The position numbers and the translations under genes were made by a program. The notes under the pieces were generated by a model. That model was not told the DNA's origin, did no database searches, and saw only the letters and a list, made by a program, of their open reading frames with translations. This document shows, one piece after another, positions 46,691 to 60,550 of a stretch of 64,000 bases of DNA. The stretch is from the human T2T-CHM13v2.0 reference genome, Homo sapiens, in the NCBI RefSeq assembly GCF_009914755.1, contig NC_060935.1; one strand, written 5' to 3'. Position 1 is the first letter of the stretch. Each line of letters begins with the position of its first letter.

Positions 46691-47444
46691 AGACAGGGTC
46701 TTGCCCTGGTGCCTAGGCTGGAGTGCAGTGGTGTGATCATAGCTCACTGTAGCCTCAAACTCCTGGGTTCAAGTGATCCTTTCCGCCTCAGCCTCAATCC
46801 CTCAATACCTCCTGCCTCAGCAAGTAGCTGGGACTACAGGCAGGCGCCATCATGCCCAGCTAATTTTTATTTTTATTTTTGTAGAGATGGGTGTAAACAT
46901 GTGAGACAGGTCTCAGTTAATTTAGAAAGTTTATTTTGCCAAGATAGGATGTGCCTGTCACACCGCCCCAGAAAGACGTGCCCAAGGTGGTTGGGGCACA
47001 GCTTGGTTTTATACATTTTAAGGAAACATGAGACATCAATCAATACATGTAAGAAGTACATTGGTTCAGTCTGGAAAGGCAGGACAACTTGAAACAAAAG
47101 CAGGAAGACTCGAAGCAGGGAGGGAGCTTCCAGGTTACAGACAGGTGATACACAAACGGTTGCATTCTTCTGAGTTTCTGATTAGCCATTCCAAAGGCGG
47201 CAAATCAGATATGCATCTATCTCAGTGAGCAGAGGGGTGACTTTGAATAGAATGGGAGGAAGGGCCCCCAAGCAGTTTCCAGCTTGAGTTTTCCTTAATG
47301 ATTTTGGGGGCCCAAGATGTTTTCCTTTCACATTGGGTTTTGCTATGTTGCCCTGGCTGGTTGTGAACCCCTAGGCTCAAGCAGTCCTCCTGCCTTGGCC
47401 TCCCGAAGAACTGGGATTACAGGCATGAGCCATGGCACCAGGCC
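46657..47444 (-). mobile_element. AluJ split by the MER4 LTR (46657-46891 and 47333-47444)
   Basis: Long T tail; gtagagatggg|LTR|ttgggttttgctatgttgccc. Confidence 0.87.
46892..47332 (-). mobile_element. MER4A-like ERV1 solo LTR inserted inside an AluJ
   Basis: Minus-strand start TGTGAAAGGAAAACATCTTGGGCCCCC; TG...CA ends; 4-bp TSD TGGG/TTGG; Alu sequence resumes in register on both sides. Confidence 0.88.
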
Positions 47445-47940
47445 TTCAGAATCCTTTCTAACAGTGTTCCAGGACAAAACTAGGAATCTGTTAGAATTGT
47501 AAATGAAATGAAACCTATTTGCTATCATCAGATATAGATTATTATAATTAATATTTATAGCAACCTTGTGAAGTTTGATATTATTGCCCTTATTTTCCAG
47601 ATGAAAAAAATTGAGCCTCAGAAACTTTAGGAAATGATTCAAGATCACACAGCTGGAGCTAAGATTTAAATTCAGGCCTGGCTGATTTAAAAATTCATTC
47701 TCTTTGTCCTATACTGCACTGGTATATACATGTGGTCCTTGGTAACCCCCCACCCCACCTTGGAATGAATCTCATTTCTATTTTGTGATGCCTATGGTAC
47801 TACTATTAAAGGTAACCATAAAATATTAGTCATAGATTATCTATAAACATCTTGATGCTTTCTTCATATTTATTCAATATAATACTTTCTGAGATGTTTC
47901 TTATTAAAGAAACAACTTAATTCTGCATTTTTTCAGGTTA

Positions 47941-48279
<339 letters not shown>

Positions 48280-48334
48280 CTAAAAATCTCTGTGCTCATT
48301 TTGCTTACCATACTTTTTATTTTTAAATTTTTTA

Positions 48335-48512
48335 CCTGTAGTCACCATGCTGTAGTCTCGTGAACTTATTCCTCCTATTTAACTGAAATTTTGTATCCTT
48401 TGACCAGCATCTTCCCAAGCCTCCTCCCCTCCACGCAGCTCCTGCTAACCACCATTCTACTCTCTACTTCTATGAGTTCAACTTTTTTAGATTCCACGGA
48501 CAAGTGAGATCA
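48335..48512 (-). mobile_element. L1MA 3' fragment
   Basis: gtcaccatgctgt...cctttgacc...accattctactctctacttctatgagttcaactttttt agattccac. Confidence 0.75.
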
Positions 48513-49505
48513 TGCTTTTAACATATTTTTTTTATTTTGTGTCCTATAGTGACCAGAACAGTGCATATAATATATATGTTCTTTAAACTACATTCTAAAC
48601 TACAATTTAAACATTTTTTAAAAAATCTTAATTTTTTTCTCTGTTTTAGGGATTATCTTAATTAAAACTTAGAAAATAATGACTTTTGGTTTAGGCCAGG
48701 GCCTTTGTTTTCTTTTTTGCTACCAGGTACTTGTTGCCTTTAGACTGACCAACCAGATCCCTGCACTGGGGTATATATCCCATCTATCTTCCCACATACC
48801 ATACTTGGCTCTCTTTGGATAGACTCTGATATTAAGTACTTGTTTCTCTTCTACTTGAAAGTATCTATATTTCATGGAGGATGGTGCTTCTTAACGTTCT
48901 GGTTGCAGGGCTCTAGGCCTGAAGGGCTTTTTTGGCTAGTGAAGATGGGTTTCATCATGTTTTTCAAGTCACACTTTCCTTCGGTGGTGGTCTTGTTGCC
49001 ATACCCAGCTGAGCTTATATCTAACCAGCCCTACTTTCAGAGAGTTGGCATTCAGGTGTCTTCATATAAAGTCAGTTATGCTGGAGTAACAGAGAACAAA
49101 AAAAAAAAAAGAAAAGAAAAAAAAAAAAGAAAAAACATGTTTCTTAAAGCCAGATAGAAACTTAAGATCATTGTAGAAAGTCAAAACTTATCTATAAAAT
49201 AGCTATAACAAGTAACATACTGCTAAAAATAAGATTAAATAGAGTTATAAAGTTTTGGAGGAACATGAGGCTAAGATGTTTTAGGATAATAGCCAGAATC
49301 AGTTAGGTTCATTGATAGATCATATACTTTCTACCAGGCATTGTTCTTTGTGTTAAGGATCCAGAGATTTGTAGGACAAGGTTCTTAGACCCGGTGTACT
49401 GATGATTGATGAATACCTTCATAGAGAGCTGTGAGAGTCGTACGGGGAAGAGATATTTAGACCAGCTTGTATAGAATCAGGGAGGAATGACTTCTGAATA
49501 AAGTA

Positions 49506-49940
49506 TTTTTTTTAAGTTAGGTTTATTGAGGTACAATTTACATGTCATAAAATCCACCCTTTTTAAAGTGTGCAATTCAATGAATTTGAAAAACCGATAG
49601 AGTTGAGTAACCACCACCATAATAAATAAAGCTACTATGAATATTTAAATATAGGTCTTTGTGTTTCTTTTGGGTAAATCTCCAGGAATGGAATTGATGG
49701 GTCTAATGGTAAATGTATGTTGAAATTTATAAGAAACTGCCAGTTTTCCAAAGTGACTATAACATCCTGCATTCCCATCAGCAATGTATAATAGTTCTGT
49801 TTGTTTCACATCTTTGCTATCACTTGTGATTGCCAGTCTTTTTAAATTTTGAGGTGGTATCTCATTGTAGTTTTAATTTGAATTTTCCTAATGACAAAAT
49901 TAAATTGAGCCTTGTAAGCAAAAAGTCTATTTGAGATCAG

Positions 49941-49983
<43 letters not shown>

Positions 49984-51000
49984 GTGTGAAGTGTTCAGAT
50001 CTTTTGCTCATTTTTAATTGGGTTGTTTGAATTATTGAGTTGTAAAGTTCTTTATGTATTCTGGATATAAATCAGTCCTTTATAAGATATGTATTTTCCA
50101 ATATTTTCTGCCAGTTTGTGGCTTGTCTTTTCATTTTTTAATGTTGGTGAAGTCCACTATGTCAGTTTTTGCTGTTGTGTTACATGCTTTTTGTGTCTTA
50201 TCTTTGCCTAACCCAAGGTCACAAAGACTTTTTCCTTTGTTTTCTTTTGTAAGTTTTCTTCTAGAAGTTTTATAGTTTTAGGTTTTACATTTACATCAAT
50301 GATCCATTTTGAATTTTCTATATAAAGTGCAAGGTTCATTGTTTTGCAGATGGATGAACAATTGTTCCTGTACTCTTTGTTGCAAAGGCTATTATTTCTC
50401 CATTGAATTACCTTGTCATCTTTGTTGAAAATCAGTAGTTGAGAATCATTTGTGTGGTTCTGTTTCATTGATCTGTATTTCTGTCTTAATGCCAATACCA
50501 AATTGTCTTGATTACTGTAGTTTTAAAATGTGTCTAGAATTCAGTCAATGAGTTCTTCAACTTTGTTCTTTTTTCAAAAAATTTCTGGCTATTCTAGGTC
50601 TTTGGCCTTTCCATATACACTTTAGAACAGTTTGTCCATTTCTATAAAAATCCTGGGATTTTGATAGATGTTGAATCTAAGAAAATTTGGGGAGAATTAA
50701 CTTCTTAATAGTATTGAGTCTTTCAGTCTATAGATATGTCTCTCCATTTATAAAAATTTTCTTGTAGTTTTCAGCATACAGATCTTGCACATATTTTGTT
50801 AGATTTATACCTATAGATTTTTATGCTAATTTAAATGGTATTTCTTTTTTAATATTTCTGTTTTCAATTTTTTTTGCTAGTATATGTAGAAATATATATC
50901 TCTGTACTGAGCTTGTATTCTACACCCTTGCTAAACTCAAAAATCAAATCTGGTACTTTTTTTTGGTAGATTTCTTTTGTAGATTGCTTACATGGGTCAT
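49506..51000 (-). mobile_element. L1M (MB/MC/MD-like) 3' region, antisense, with an internal (TC)n
   Basis: tttattgaggtacaatttaca 3' end; aagttctttatgtattctggata, cttgattactgtag and tggctattctaggtc ORF2 motifs. Confidence 0.8.
49941..49983. repeat. (TC)n microsatellite
   Basis: Direct reading, one interruption. Confidence 0.92.
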
Positions 51001-52694
51001 GTATCATCCTAACTTGCGTGTTATGGAAGAAATTCTTGTGCTTAGTTTAAGTGGTTAGAACTTTGTATTAATAACAACAACAATTGTATACCTCTTCAGT
51101 GTTTGGGTATCTTTTTACATACATACAATGACCTGAAGCTTTTTGAAGATCATGTGAACAAGTATTGTTTTCTTCCTCAGTATTTAAGAAAACAGAAGCT
51201 CAGAAAGATTCAGTGATTTGCCAAAGATCGCGCAGTGTTTGGTGGATTTAGGCCATTAGTTGTTTCATTGCTCAGACTGTATGTATTATTCATTTCACTA
51301 ATCCTAGCAGCTGTCTTAAAAAGTATGCTGTTTTTCGTAAAGATATCAAAATACGAGGTTGTGGTTAAGTTCTAAGTTCTATAGTTTCCATATTAGGATT
51401 CTAATACAATTATTGTTAGGCCATTAACCTATAATTGATAAGTAAAGGATAGTACACATTACGCTTATTAGCATAATTTAGCAGTTCGGAAATGTGCACA
51501 GTAGTGTGCAATATGATACAGCCAGTTTTGTTAAGCATATTTATTAGTCAGGAACAAAGGGATCTTTCTGAGTTTTATGGTTGCCTTATTCCTAATACAT
51601 TATTAGATTTTTTAATCAATGTTTTTTACATCTAATTTCCAAAAATACTTTCATATCTTATTATCTCACCGTTTTTATGACACTCATGCAAGGTAGGGCA
51701 GGAAATGTTTTCTGGTTTTTGGCTGATGAAGGAATTAAAGTATATACCATTAACATTGATAAACTACTATATGTTGGATAGAGTAGGGGTACCAGGGCTG
51801 TAAAACAAGTCAGAGTTCCCTTCTCTGAAGAGTTCCTTAAGAAACAGTTAAAGTTGGAATTAGAACTCAGGTTACTTACTTTTTAACCCCGTATCTTTTC
51901 AAGTACTAGTACTATATTGTTTCTTATTTTTCAACAAACTATTTTAATGCACGTCTTCATGAAGTTTACACTTTGAGAACTTTACCTTCATGTTAGATTT
52001 GTTTCTCCCCATACTCTCCCATCCCTTTCTTTAAGTGTATATTTTTATTTTCTTCTAATTTTGTTTGTGGACAATTTGGAAAATTTAGAAAAGCACAGAA
52101 AAGAGAATAAAAAATTACACGTAATTCTTCTGCCCAGCTGTAACCATTGTTAACATTTTGGTGAATATAATTTTAATCTTTTTTTCCCCAGGTATATATG
52201 TGTAAAAATGTTTTATGTTTATTAAATTTCAGGATCCTTCTAATCTTGAGACTGCTTTCATAATGTTTTCTCTTTTCCAAGGTGAAAAACTCCTTGAGAT
52301 TGATTTATAGTTTTTATTTTAAACTTATGATTGCAGACTTATCTTTTGGTATTGTATTCAGTTCAGTAAATGATGTGGATAAACAGGGAGTATGTGATTA
52401 ATTTTGCTTTGGTGATAGAGGTAGGAGATACAGAAGTCAGGGAAGTGTTCACAGGAATCTTCTGCTGCTGGCTTTGACTATTTTCCATCTCTAGGTAGAG
52501 AAAGGAGAGATTCTGTTCTGGTAGTCCCTCTTGTCTTTCCCCCACTTGAACTTTCACTTAAAACCTTCACGGCAGAAGAATTTTTTTTTTTTTTGCCACA
52601 ACTCTTTCTGATGAAGTAACTAAAGCTATTTATATATTTCATAGTTGGACACTTTATACTACTTCGAGTTTTTTTTTTAATCTGAGTTCCTTAA

Positions 52695-53606
<912 letters not shown>

Positions 53607-53697
53607 TCAGTTCCTTAATTTTTAAAGTTTTATTCTTCCACCTTTTAAATGAAGTTTAATTTGGGATGCAATGACTGCAGCTCACCTCATCTGAAAT

Positions 53698-53768
53698 AGA
53701 GTGGTTTGCAGACAATAATAGAAGAGAGTGGTTTGCAGACAGTAATAAAAGAGAGTGGTTTGCAGACA
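53698..53768. repeat. 27-bp minisatellite, ~2.6 copies
   Basis: AGAGTGGTTTGCAGACA at 53698, 53725 and 53752 with near-identical 10-nt spacers. Confidence 0.92.
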
Positions 53769-53861
53769 TTTAAGACTTTAGGGATTGGATACTATTGCTT
53801 TTTTAAAAATTGCCTTTTTGAAAATAGAATATATTAATCTTTTATGTTTTTCTAGGGCTTC

Positions 53862-54171
53862 ATTTTTTTTCTTATTTTTAAGACGAGGTTGTGCTCCCTC
53901 ACCCATGCTGGAGTGCAGTGGTGTGATCATGGCTCACTGAAGCCTTGACCACTCAGGCTCCGGCAGTCCTCCCACCACAGCCTCCCGAGTAGCTGGGACC
54001 ACAGGCGTGCACCATCATGCCCGGCTAATATTTTTTATTGTTATTGTTATTTGTAGAGAAGAGGTCTTGCTATGTTGCCCAGGCTGGTCTTGAACTCCTG
54101 AGCTTAAGCTATCTGCCCATCTCTGCCTCCCAAAGTGCTGGGAATATAGGCGTGAGCTACTGTGCCAGGCC
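53862..54171 (-). mobile_element. AluJ
   Basis: Diverged dimer; TSD-like ggcttcat. Confidence 0.85.
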
Positions 54172-54556
54172 TAGGCTTCATGTTAAAAAAAAATACTTTT
54201 AGAATTAATAAATTGTGTTTTCTTTGGGGTTAGAGAGGGTAGAATATGCCTCTGAATACCCTATTGTTCAGGAATAGCCATTCCATAACAACCTCAAGAA
54301 ATGTTTGTGAAAGATATGTGAGTGATGGTGCCTGTGATTGCATGTGATAGTTTTGCAAGGCCTTTGACTAAAGCAGGAAATGCTGAATTGATCACCTGGT
54401 CTTTTGAATAGTGATTGGTTTTCTGCTAGTATGTTTAGATGTAGTCAGCCGGTTTCTCAGTATTGAAGTAGATCCTGTTGTAACTGTCATTCTCTGGTTG
54501 TATTAAAACATGATCGGAATAAAAATAACAAATACTGTATTTTCCTCCTCTCTTAG

Positions 54557-54646
<90 letters not shown>

Positions 54647-55394
54647 TAATGTTATGAATTTTGTTTAGTGCAGGTGTGCCTTGCAGGTGTACAGGGTAGA
54701 TATAATCCTGAAAACTCTGTGTAAATAGAATCATGCTTTAAATTTGTTGCTTAGTGTGGCTTAAGGTGGATGCTTTTTAATGGGAAAACTCATTCTGTAA
54801 GGCACATAACCATCCAGTCCATCTTTTCTAAATCCAGATTATATTAATTTTTCTACAGGAAATCTGGAGCTAGCTGTTTTCTCTTATTCTACATAACTCT
54901 TTGGGGGTTAAGAAAGGATGGTGAATTTTGATTAAATGCAATACAGTTTTATGAAATGTTTCAGATATCTTTTATAACTTTCAATACATTTAAGAAACTA
55001 TGAATCGGTTGTTTTATAGTCAGCATTATCTCTACATCTAAAAGTTATTAGAGAAAGGAAAGGGAAGCGAATTCACATTTACCAAGTACCTACTATCTAT
55101 GGTACTGTGCCAGGTGATTCTTGTCCTTTTCCTCACTTAATACTAGCCAAAACCAATGTGGTTTGTTTTGTCCTCTCCATTTTATAGTTAAGGAAAAAAG
55201 TTGTTTGAGATGAGCTTCGTAGGTTCACCCATCTAGAAAGTAGCTGAGCTGAAATTTCAGGTTGCCTGCCTCTAAAGCCTGTGCTTTTTCTATTCTACTA
55301 TGGTGTTCTACCCAACAACCCTGTGCATTATTTGCTCTTAGTGATCATGTTGCTTCATAGCTCTTGGTTGTCTGAAATGCTGTTGCTTAGAGTA

Positions 55395-56770
55395 CTTCAT
55401 TTATTCAACAACATTTTATTGAGCGCCTGCTGTATGTCAGCCACTGTACTGTACTCCAAGTGCTAAGAACACAGTGGTGAGCAAATGGATAATTTCCTGC
55501 TGTTGTGGAGTATATATGCAAGAGGCAAACACTGATACAGTAATCTAACAGATAAACATGTAAACACAAATGGTGGTAAATGCTATATAAGCATATAATG
55601 AGGGCCTAACCTATTCTAAGGGCTCAAGAAAGGTCTTCTTGGGGACTTGACTTTTAAAGCTACACTCCAGATGATGAATAGAAGTGAACTGTGTAAAGGG
55701 AGTAGGGAGTAGGGGCTGAATAGAGAGAGCATTTCAGCCAGAGGAGGTTAACATGTTGGAAGGCCATGAAATAGAAGGGAACATGATGAGTTTTAGGGAC
55801 TAAAGGAAGGTCAGAGTGATGAGGGGGGAGTGATACCCGATGGGGCTGGAGAGCTAGGCAGGGGCCACAGCACGCAGAACTTTTAAAGGATTTTACCCTA
55901 AGAACAGGGGTCTTTGTGAAAGGAGTTTTAGCACAGCAGTGTGATTATCAGATTTGCGTTTCAGTAATTTCATTCTGGCTGCAGTAGAGACTGATTGTAG
56001 AAGAGGCAAGAATATTTGTGGGAGACCAGTAAGGAGGATCTTACAGTATACCAGATAACAGATGTATTACTTTGAAACAGGGTGACAGTAGAATAGAGAG
56101 AAGATAGATTTAAGAAAGTTTTAGTAGATAAAATCATTAGGACTTGCTGATGATTTGAATTTAAGGCATAAGAAAAAGGAGGTGTCATGGATGACTTTTG
56201 GGTTTCTGGCTTAGATGAAGTAACTGGATGGATAAAGGTGTCAGGCACTGAGAAAACTAAGTGACACTGGAGGAAAACCAGGTTTGGTGGAGGCAGATTG
56301 TGAGTTGCGATTTGATCCTGTGGAGTTTGAGATGCCTTTGAGACATTCATGTGTAGATGGAAGTAGGCCTTTGGATCTATGAGTCTGAAGTTCAGAGGAG
56401 AGGACTAGGTTAGAAATATTTATGTGGGGCCAATGACAAACAGTCATTGGAGTCATAAGTGGTGATAAGATGGACTAGGAACAGGCAGTACTGTAGGAAG
56501 AAAGGGGGCTAGGTACCCAAGCCTGGAAGACCTCCAGTTTTTAAAGTCCACATAGGGGGCACCAGAAAAGATGACTGAAAAGAAGTGGCCCAAGGGAAAG
56601 AGAGCAAAGTTTTGTGTAGAATCTCAAAGTCCAGAGAAAGAAAGGGTTTTGTTGTTGTTGTTGTTGTTGTTATTGTTGTTTGTCTTTTTGCTTGTTTTTT
56701 TAAGAGGAGAGAGTGATCAAATAGGAGGACCAAAAATTGCCCATTGGATTTAGCAAAATGGAAGTTATTC
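55395..56770 (-). mobile_element. L2 3' region, antisense
   Basis: ttcatttattcaacaacattttattgagcgcc tail; gagtttgagatgcctttgagacat; ccattggatttagcaa. Confidence 0.78.
56649..56680. repeat. (TTG)n trinucleotide repeat
   Basis: Direct reading. Confidence 0.88.
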
Positions 56771-57359
56771 AAGTGACTTCTTCAAAATTCAATTCAAACT
56801 CTGATAGACATTTTTCTTTCTTTATTTCAAAGCTCTCCTCTTCTAAGTTCCTATATCAACATACTATGTATACCTTTGACATAGGATATACCACTTTGCA
56901 ACTAGGCTTGTCTTTCTTCCTTTCTAGCCTGTAAGCTTTTGAAGGACAGATTTCTATAAATAATATTGAATTCCCAGCACCTGCCACAGTTTTTGGGGTA
57001 TGCAGTTTGCTTAGTAAAAGTGTTTGTGATTTAATGAAATAATTATGGGATTGCTACTGCTGCTGTTCATAATATCTCATGTACAGGGTTAGCTGTTCTA
57101 ATACTGTTGCAACATTAAGTTCCTCCTGCAACTGGTATAACTCACCTTTTAGGACAATATCTGGCACATATAATAATAATATTAATAGCTAAAATGTATT
57201 GAGCATTACTGTATATCAAACACTGTAAGAGCTTCACATCTATTATTGTATTTAATACCCCAAGAACCTTATAGCCAAATCCTCAGAGCTGTTGAGATTT
57301 TGAGTAAGCCAATAACTAATACTCCTTTCTTCTCCTGAGTTTGGAGCAAGTTCAGATAT

Positions 57360-57656
57360 AGGTGATAGTCTGTAATCCCAGTGGATTTTGGGAGGCTGAG
57401 CTGGGAGGATCAGCAGTTCGAGAGCTCAGCAGTTCGAGACCAGTCTGGGCAACGTAGCAAGACCTTGTCTGTACTAAAATTCAAACAAAAAATTAGCCAG
57501 GTGTGGTGACACGTGTCTGTAGTCCCACCAACTTGAGGGGCTGAGGCGGGAGGATTGCTTGAGACCAGGAGGTTGATGGTGCAGTGAACCCTGATGGCGC
57601 CACTTCACTGGGCAATGGACGAGACCCTGTCTCAGGGAGGGGAAAGAAAAAAAAAG
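57360..57656 (+). mobile_element. AluJ (diverged, short internal duplication cagcagttcgaga)
   Basis: Dimer; TSD-like ataggtgatag. Confidence 0.8.
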
Positions 57657-58625
57657 GATAGGTGATAGATAAATGTAGATCAGAACATTGGCTTTATTAC
57701 TAATAAAACTGATGGACAAATGTGATTTAAATTATGTGACTAAAAGAGTTTGCTGTGACTAAAAGGGCTTGTCGATTCCTTCTATATACTTCCTCTTGGA
57801 CTGAACCTCCCCCACAAAATAACAAAACAAGTGAAACCAAGGTCTTCCTCTTATAGGAACAAAGCCTGAGCCTCCAAGCCAGAAGCAAAGTTTGTATGCG
57901 TGGTTAGACAGGTTGTTTCTGATTGGAGAGAACCTGGAAAGAATTAAGCCAGTCACACACAGGTCCATCTCTGAAGCCCAGCCATCAGATCAGTCATCTG
58001 CTGGTCCTGGAGAGGAGTGAGTGGAGGACACAGAGAAACTGCAGATGCTCCTTTCATGACCTTTTCTCCTGAGAAATGGAGTGGGGCATTTGTCTCCTGT
58101 GTGGGAACATGGGAATGCAGAGTAAGTGTTTCCCTCTAACGGGAATAATAGCTAGTATTTAGTGAGCACTTCTATGCTGGCACTATTCTAAACACTTTAC
58201 ACATTTTACCTTATTTAAACCTCACACTTGGCCTTTCATAGAAGAGGAAGTTGGCACAGAGAACTTAAGTAACTTTCCCCAAATTACGCAGCTCCCTGAG
58301 TAGCAGAGCTGCGATTCAAAAGCAGATGGTCAGTACATGCTTATTGAATATATGATCGTAATTAGTGGTGTACTTTCCCCTATTGTCCTTCAGTTAGTGA
58401 GCTTTGTTAATTGGATAAGTTCAGCAGATCTTGCCCCCTTTACCAGCTTTCAAATGAACACCTGACATGTAGACTGAACCTTAAAAAACCTTGTCTTTTT
58501 TAACAAAGCCGCAAGCAGAGTTTCCAGTCAAGATGACATTGTAAGTGTACACTTTGAGACCTTCCTCAGCACCAAGCAAGAAGCAAGGATTGATGAAATC
58601 GGAGAAATGTAAAAGAAATATTCCT

Positions 58626-58925
58626 GGCCGGGTGCTGTGACTCACGCCTGTAATCTCAGCACTTTGGGAGGCCGAGGCAGGTGGATCACAAGGTCAGGCA
58701 TTCAAGACCAGCCTAGCCAACGTGGCGAAACCCCATCTCTACTAAAAACACAAAAATTAGCCAGGCATAGTGGCGGGTGCCTGTAATCCCAGCTACTCTG
58801 AGGCTGAGGCAGGAGAACTGCTTGAACCCAGGAGGTGGAGGTTGCAGTGAGCCGAGATCGCACCACTGCACCCCAGCCTGGAGGCCAGAGCAAGACTCCG
58901 TCTCAAAAAAAAAAAGAAAAAAAGA
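58626..58925 (+). mobile_element. AluS
   Basis: Full dimer; TSD-like tattcct. Confidence 0.9.
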
Positions 58926-59344
58926 AGAATTATTCCTTCCTAAAACAAACAAGAAACCAAGGCAATAAACATCTCCCAAACAGAAGTGGAATAGAAACAC
59001 AAAGAAGTGGGAAGAAGCAGAAGACTTGGGCCTTCTGGCCACTCTGCCCAGAAGTAGGCAGAAAGATGGGCTCTTCAGGGTAAAATGAGCACTAAATGAG
59101 CACGAAAAGCTGAGTGGGGCTCTCCCTATTAAAAAAAGGGCCGAGAAAAGACAGCTTAGAGAAACTGCAGAACTTTAAGAATAATCCTAAAAGGGGAAAT
59201 TTGAAAAGCTACCAGCGAGAAAGGAAATATTACTCACAAATTAGGCTGACAGCAGACTTCTCATCAGCAGCAGTAGATGCCAGAAGAAATAGGTCTTCAA
59301 TGCGCTGTTAATTATTAATTGTTTCTAGTAAACTTTCAGTCAAG

Positions 59345-59567
59345 AGTGAGGGTAATTTGAGACCAGCTAGGGTAACATAATGAAATACTATCTCTACCAA
59401 AAAAAAAAAAAAAAAAAAAAAAAAATTAGCCAGGCATGGTACATGGCTGTAGTCCAAGCTACTTGGGAGGCTGAGGTGGGAGGATTGTTTGAGCCAGGAA
59501 TTTGAGGCTGCAGTGAGCTGTGATCGCACCATTGCACTCTAGCCTATGTGACAGAAAAAAAAAAAAA
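59345..59567 (+). mobile_element. Partial AluJ
   Basis: Long A linker and right arm. Confidence 0.82.
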
Positions 59568-59902
59568 GCGAGGGTGAGAGAGCATTTTATTGATTGAGAC
59601 AGAGTCTCACTCTGTTGCCCAGTCCCACCTCTGAGTAGCAGGGATTATAGGTGTGAACCACTGCACCTGTCAGGGATAGTTTTAAATGCATAAAGATTGA
59701 GAGTTTACTACCCACAGACCCTTTACCCATGCTGAATGATGCACATAGAAGATGATACCAAAGGGAGCATATAGTGTATAAGAAAACAGCAAGGGGTATA
59801 CAAATGGTTAAAACATTAGTGAATTTAATTTCTGACTGTAAGCTAACAAACAAAAATAAATATCTGATAAACCTATGTGTTTTAAGGTGAAAGAAGCTAG
59901 GC

Positions 59903-60131
59903 CATTGTTATTCAAAATGTAGTCTGGACCGCTGCTTGTCTAGGAACTGTCTGTCACAATCTGTGGTGAGCAACGTGGAAAAAGTGAGGGTAAAAGTTTC
60001 AAAACTTCTATAGCAATTTGACGTTATTGTGACTCTTCATTGTATTTTACAAAAGTATCAGTTCACAATGGAATGAAGAAAAAAAAAACTCCAGCCAACT
60101 GGTCTTTCCCCACAGAGAGTGAAAAGCATTG
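59903..60131. mobile_element. hAT-Charlie MITE (family unresolved)
   Basis: Degenerate CAGTG/CACTG termini with nnCTAGnn flanks; tgtattttacaaaagtatcag core. Confidence 0.5.
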
Positions 60132-60305
60132 CCCTAGACAACAATAATGAGAGTGGGTGTTCAAAGGGTTAAGACTCATTGAGATCACTGATTTGTTTGG
60201 GAGGAGGATAGAGATAGTAACCAACTTTAGAATTTGCTAGAAAAAATTTTGGTCAAGTGTACATGTTAAAAATTTAAGGATACCTAGTAAAGGCTAAAAT
60301 CAGAG

Positions 60306-60550
60306 GGCTGAGTGTGTTGGCTCACACCTGTAATCCCAGCACTTTGGTCTCAAACCCCTGATCCCAAGTGATCCGTCCTCCTCAGCCTCCCAAAGTGTGG
60401 GGATTACAGGCTGAGGCACCCTGCCCAGACTGTATAATCCTAGCACTTTGGGAAGCTGAGGTGGGAGGATCGCTTGAAGCCAGGAGTTTGAGACCAGCCT
60501 GGGCAACAAAGTGAGACTCCCGTCTCTACCAAAAAAAAAAAAAAAAAAAA
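60306..60550 (+). mobile_element. Rearranged FLAM/Alu monomer with an internal inverted copy
   Basis: Sense 60306-60347, antisense ~60345-60430, sense 60431-60550. Confidence 0.82.

Noticed and set aside
49098-49135. Orphan A-rich tract suggesting a processed pseudogene tail at ~48650-49135
   Set aside because: No TSD, no canonical AATAAA just upstream and no recognisable mRNA; a BLAST of 48650-49100 would settle it
53698-53768. Repeat-spacer pattern resembling a CRISPR array
   Set aside because: Spacers are 10 nt and nearly identical, the context is human intron and there are no cas genes; it is a minisatellite
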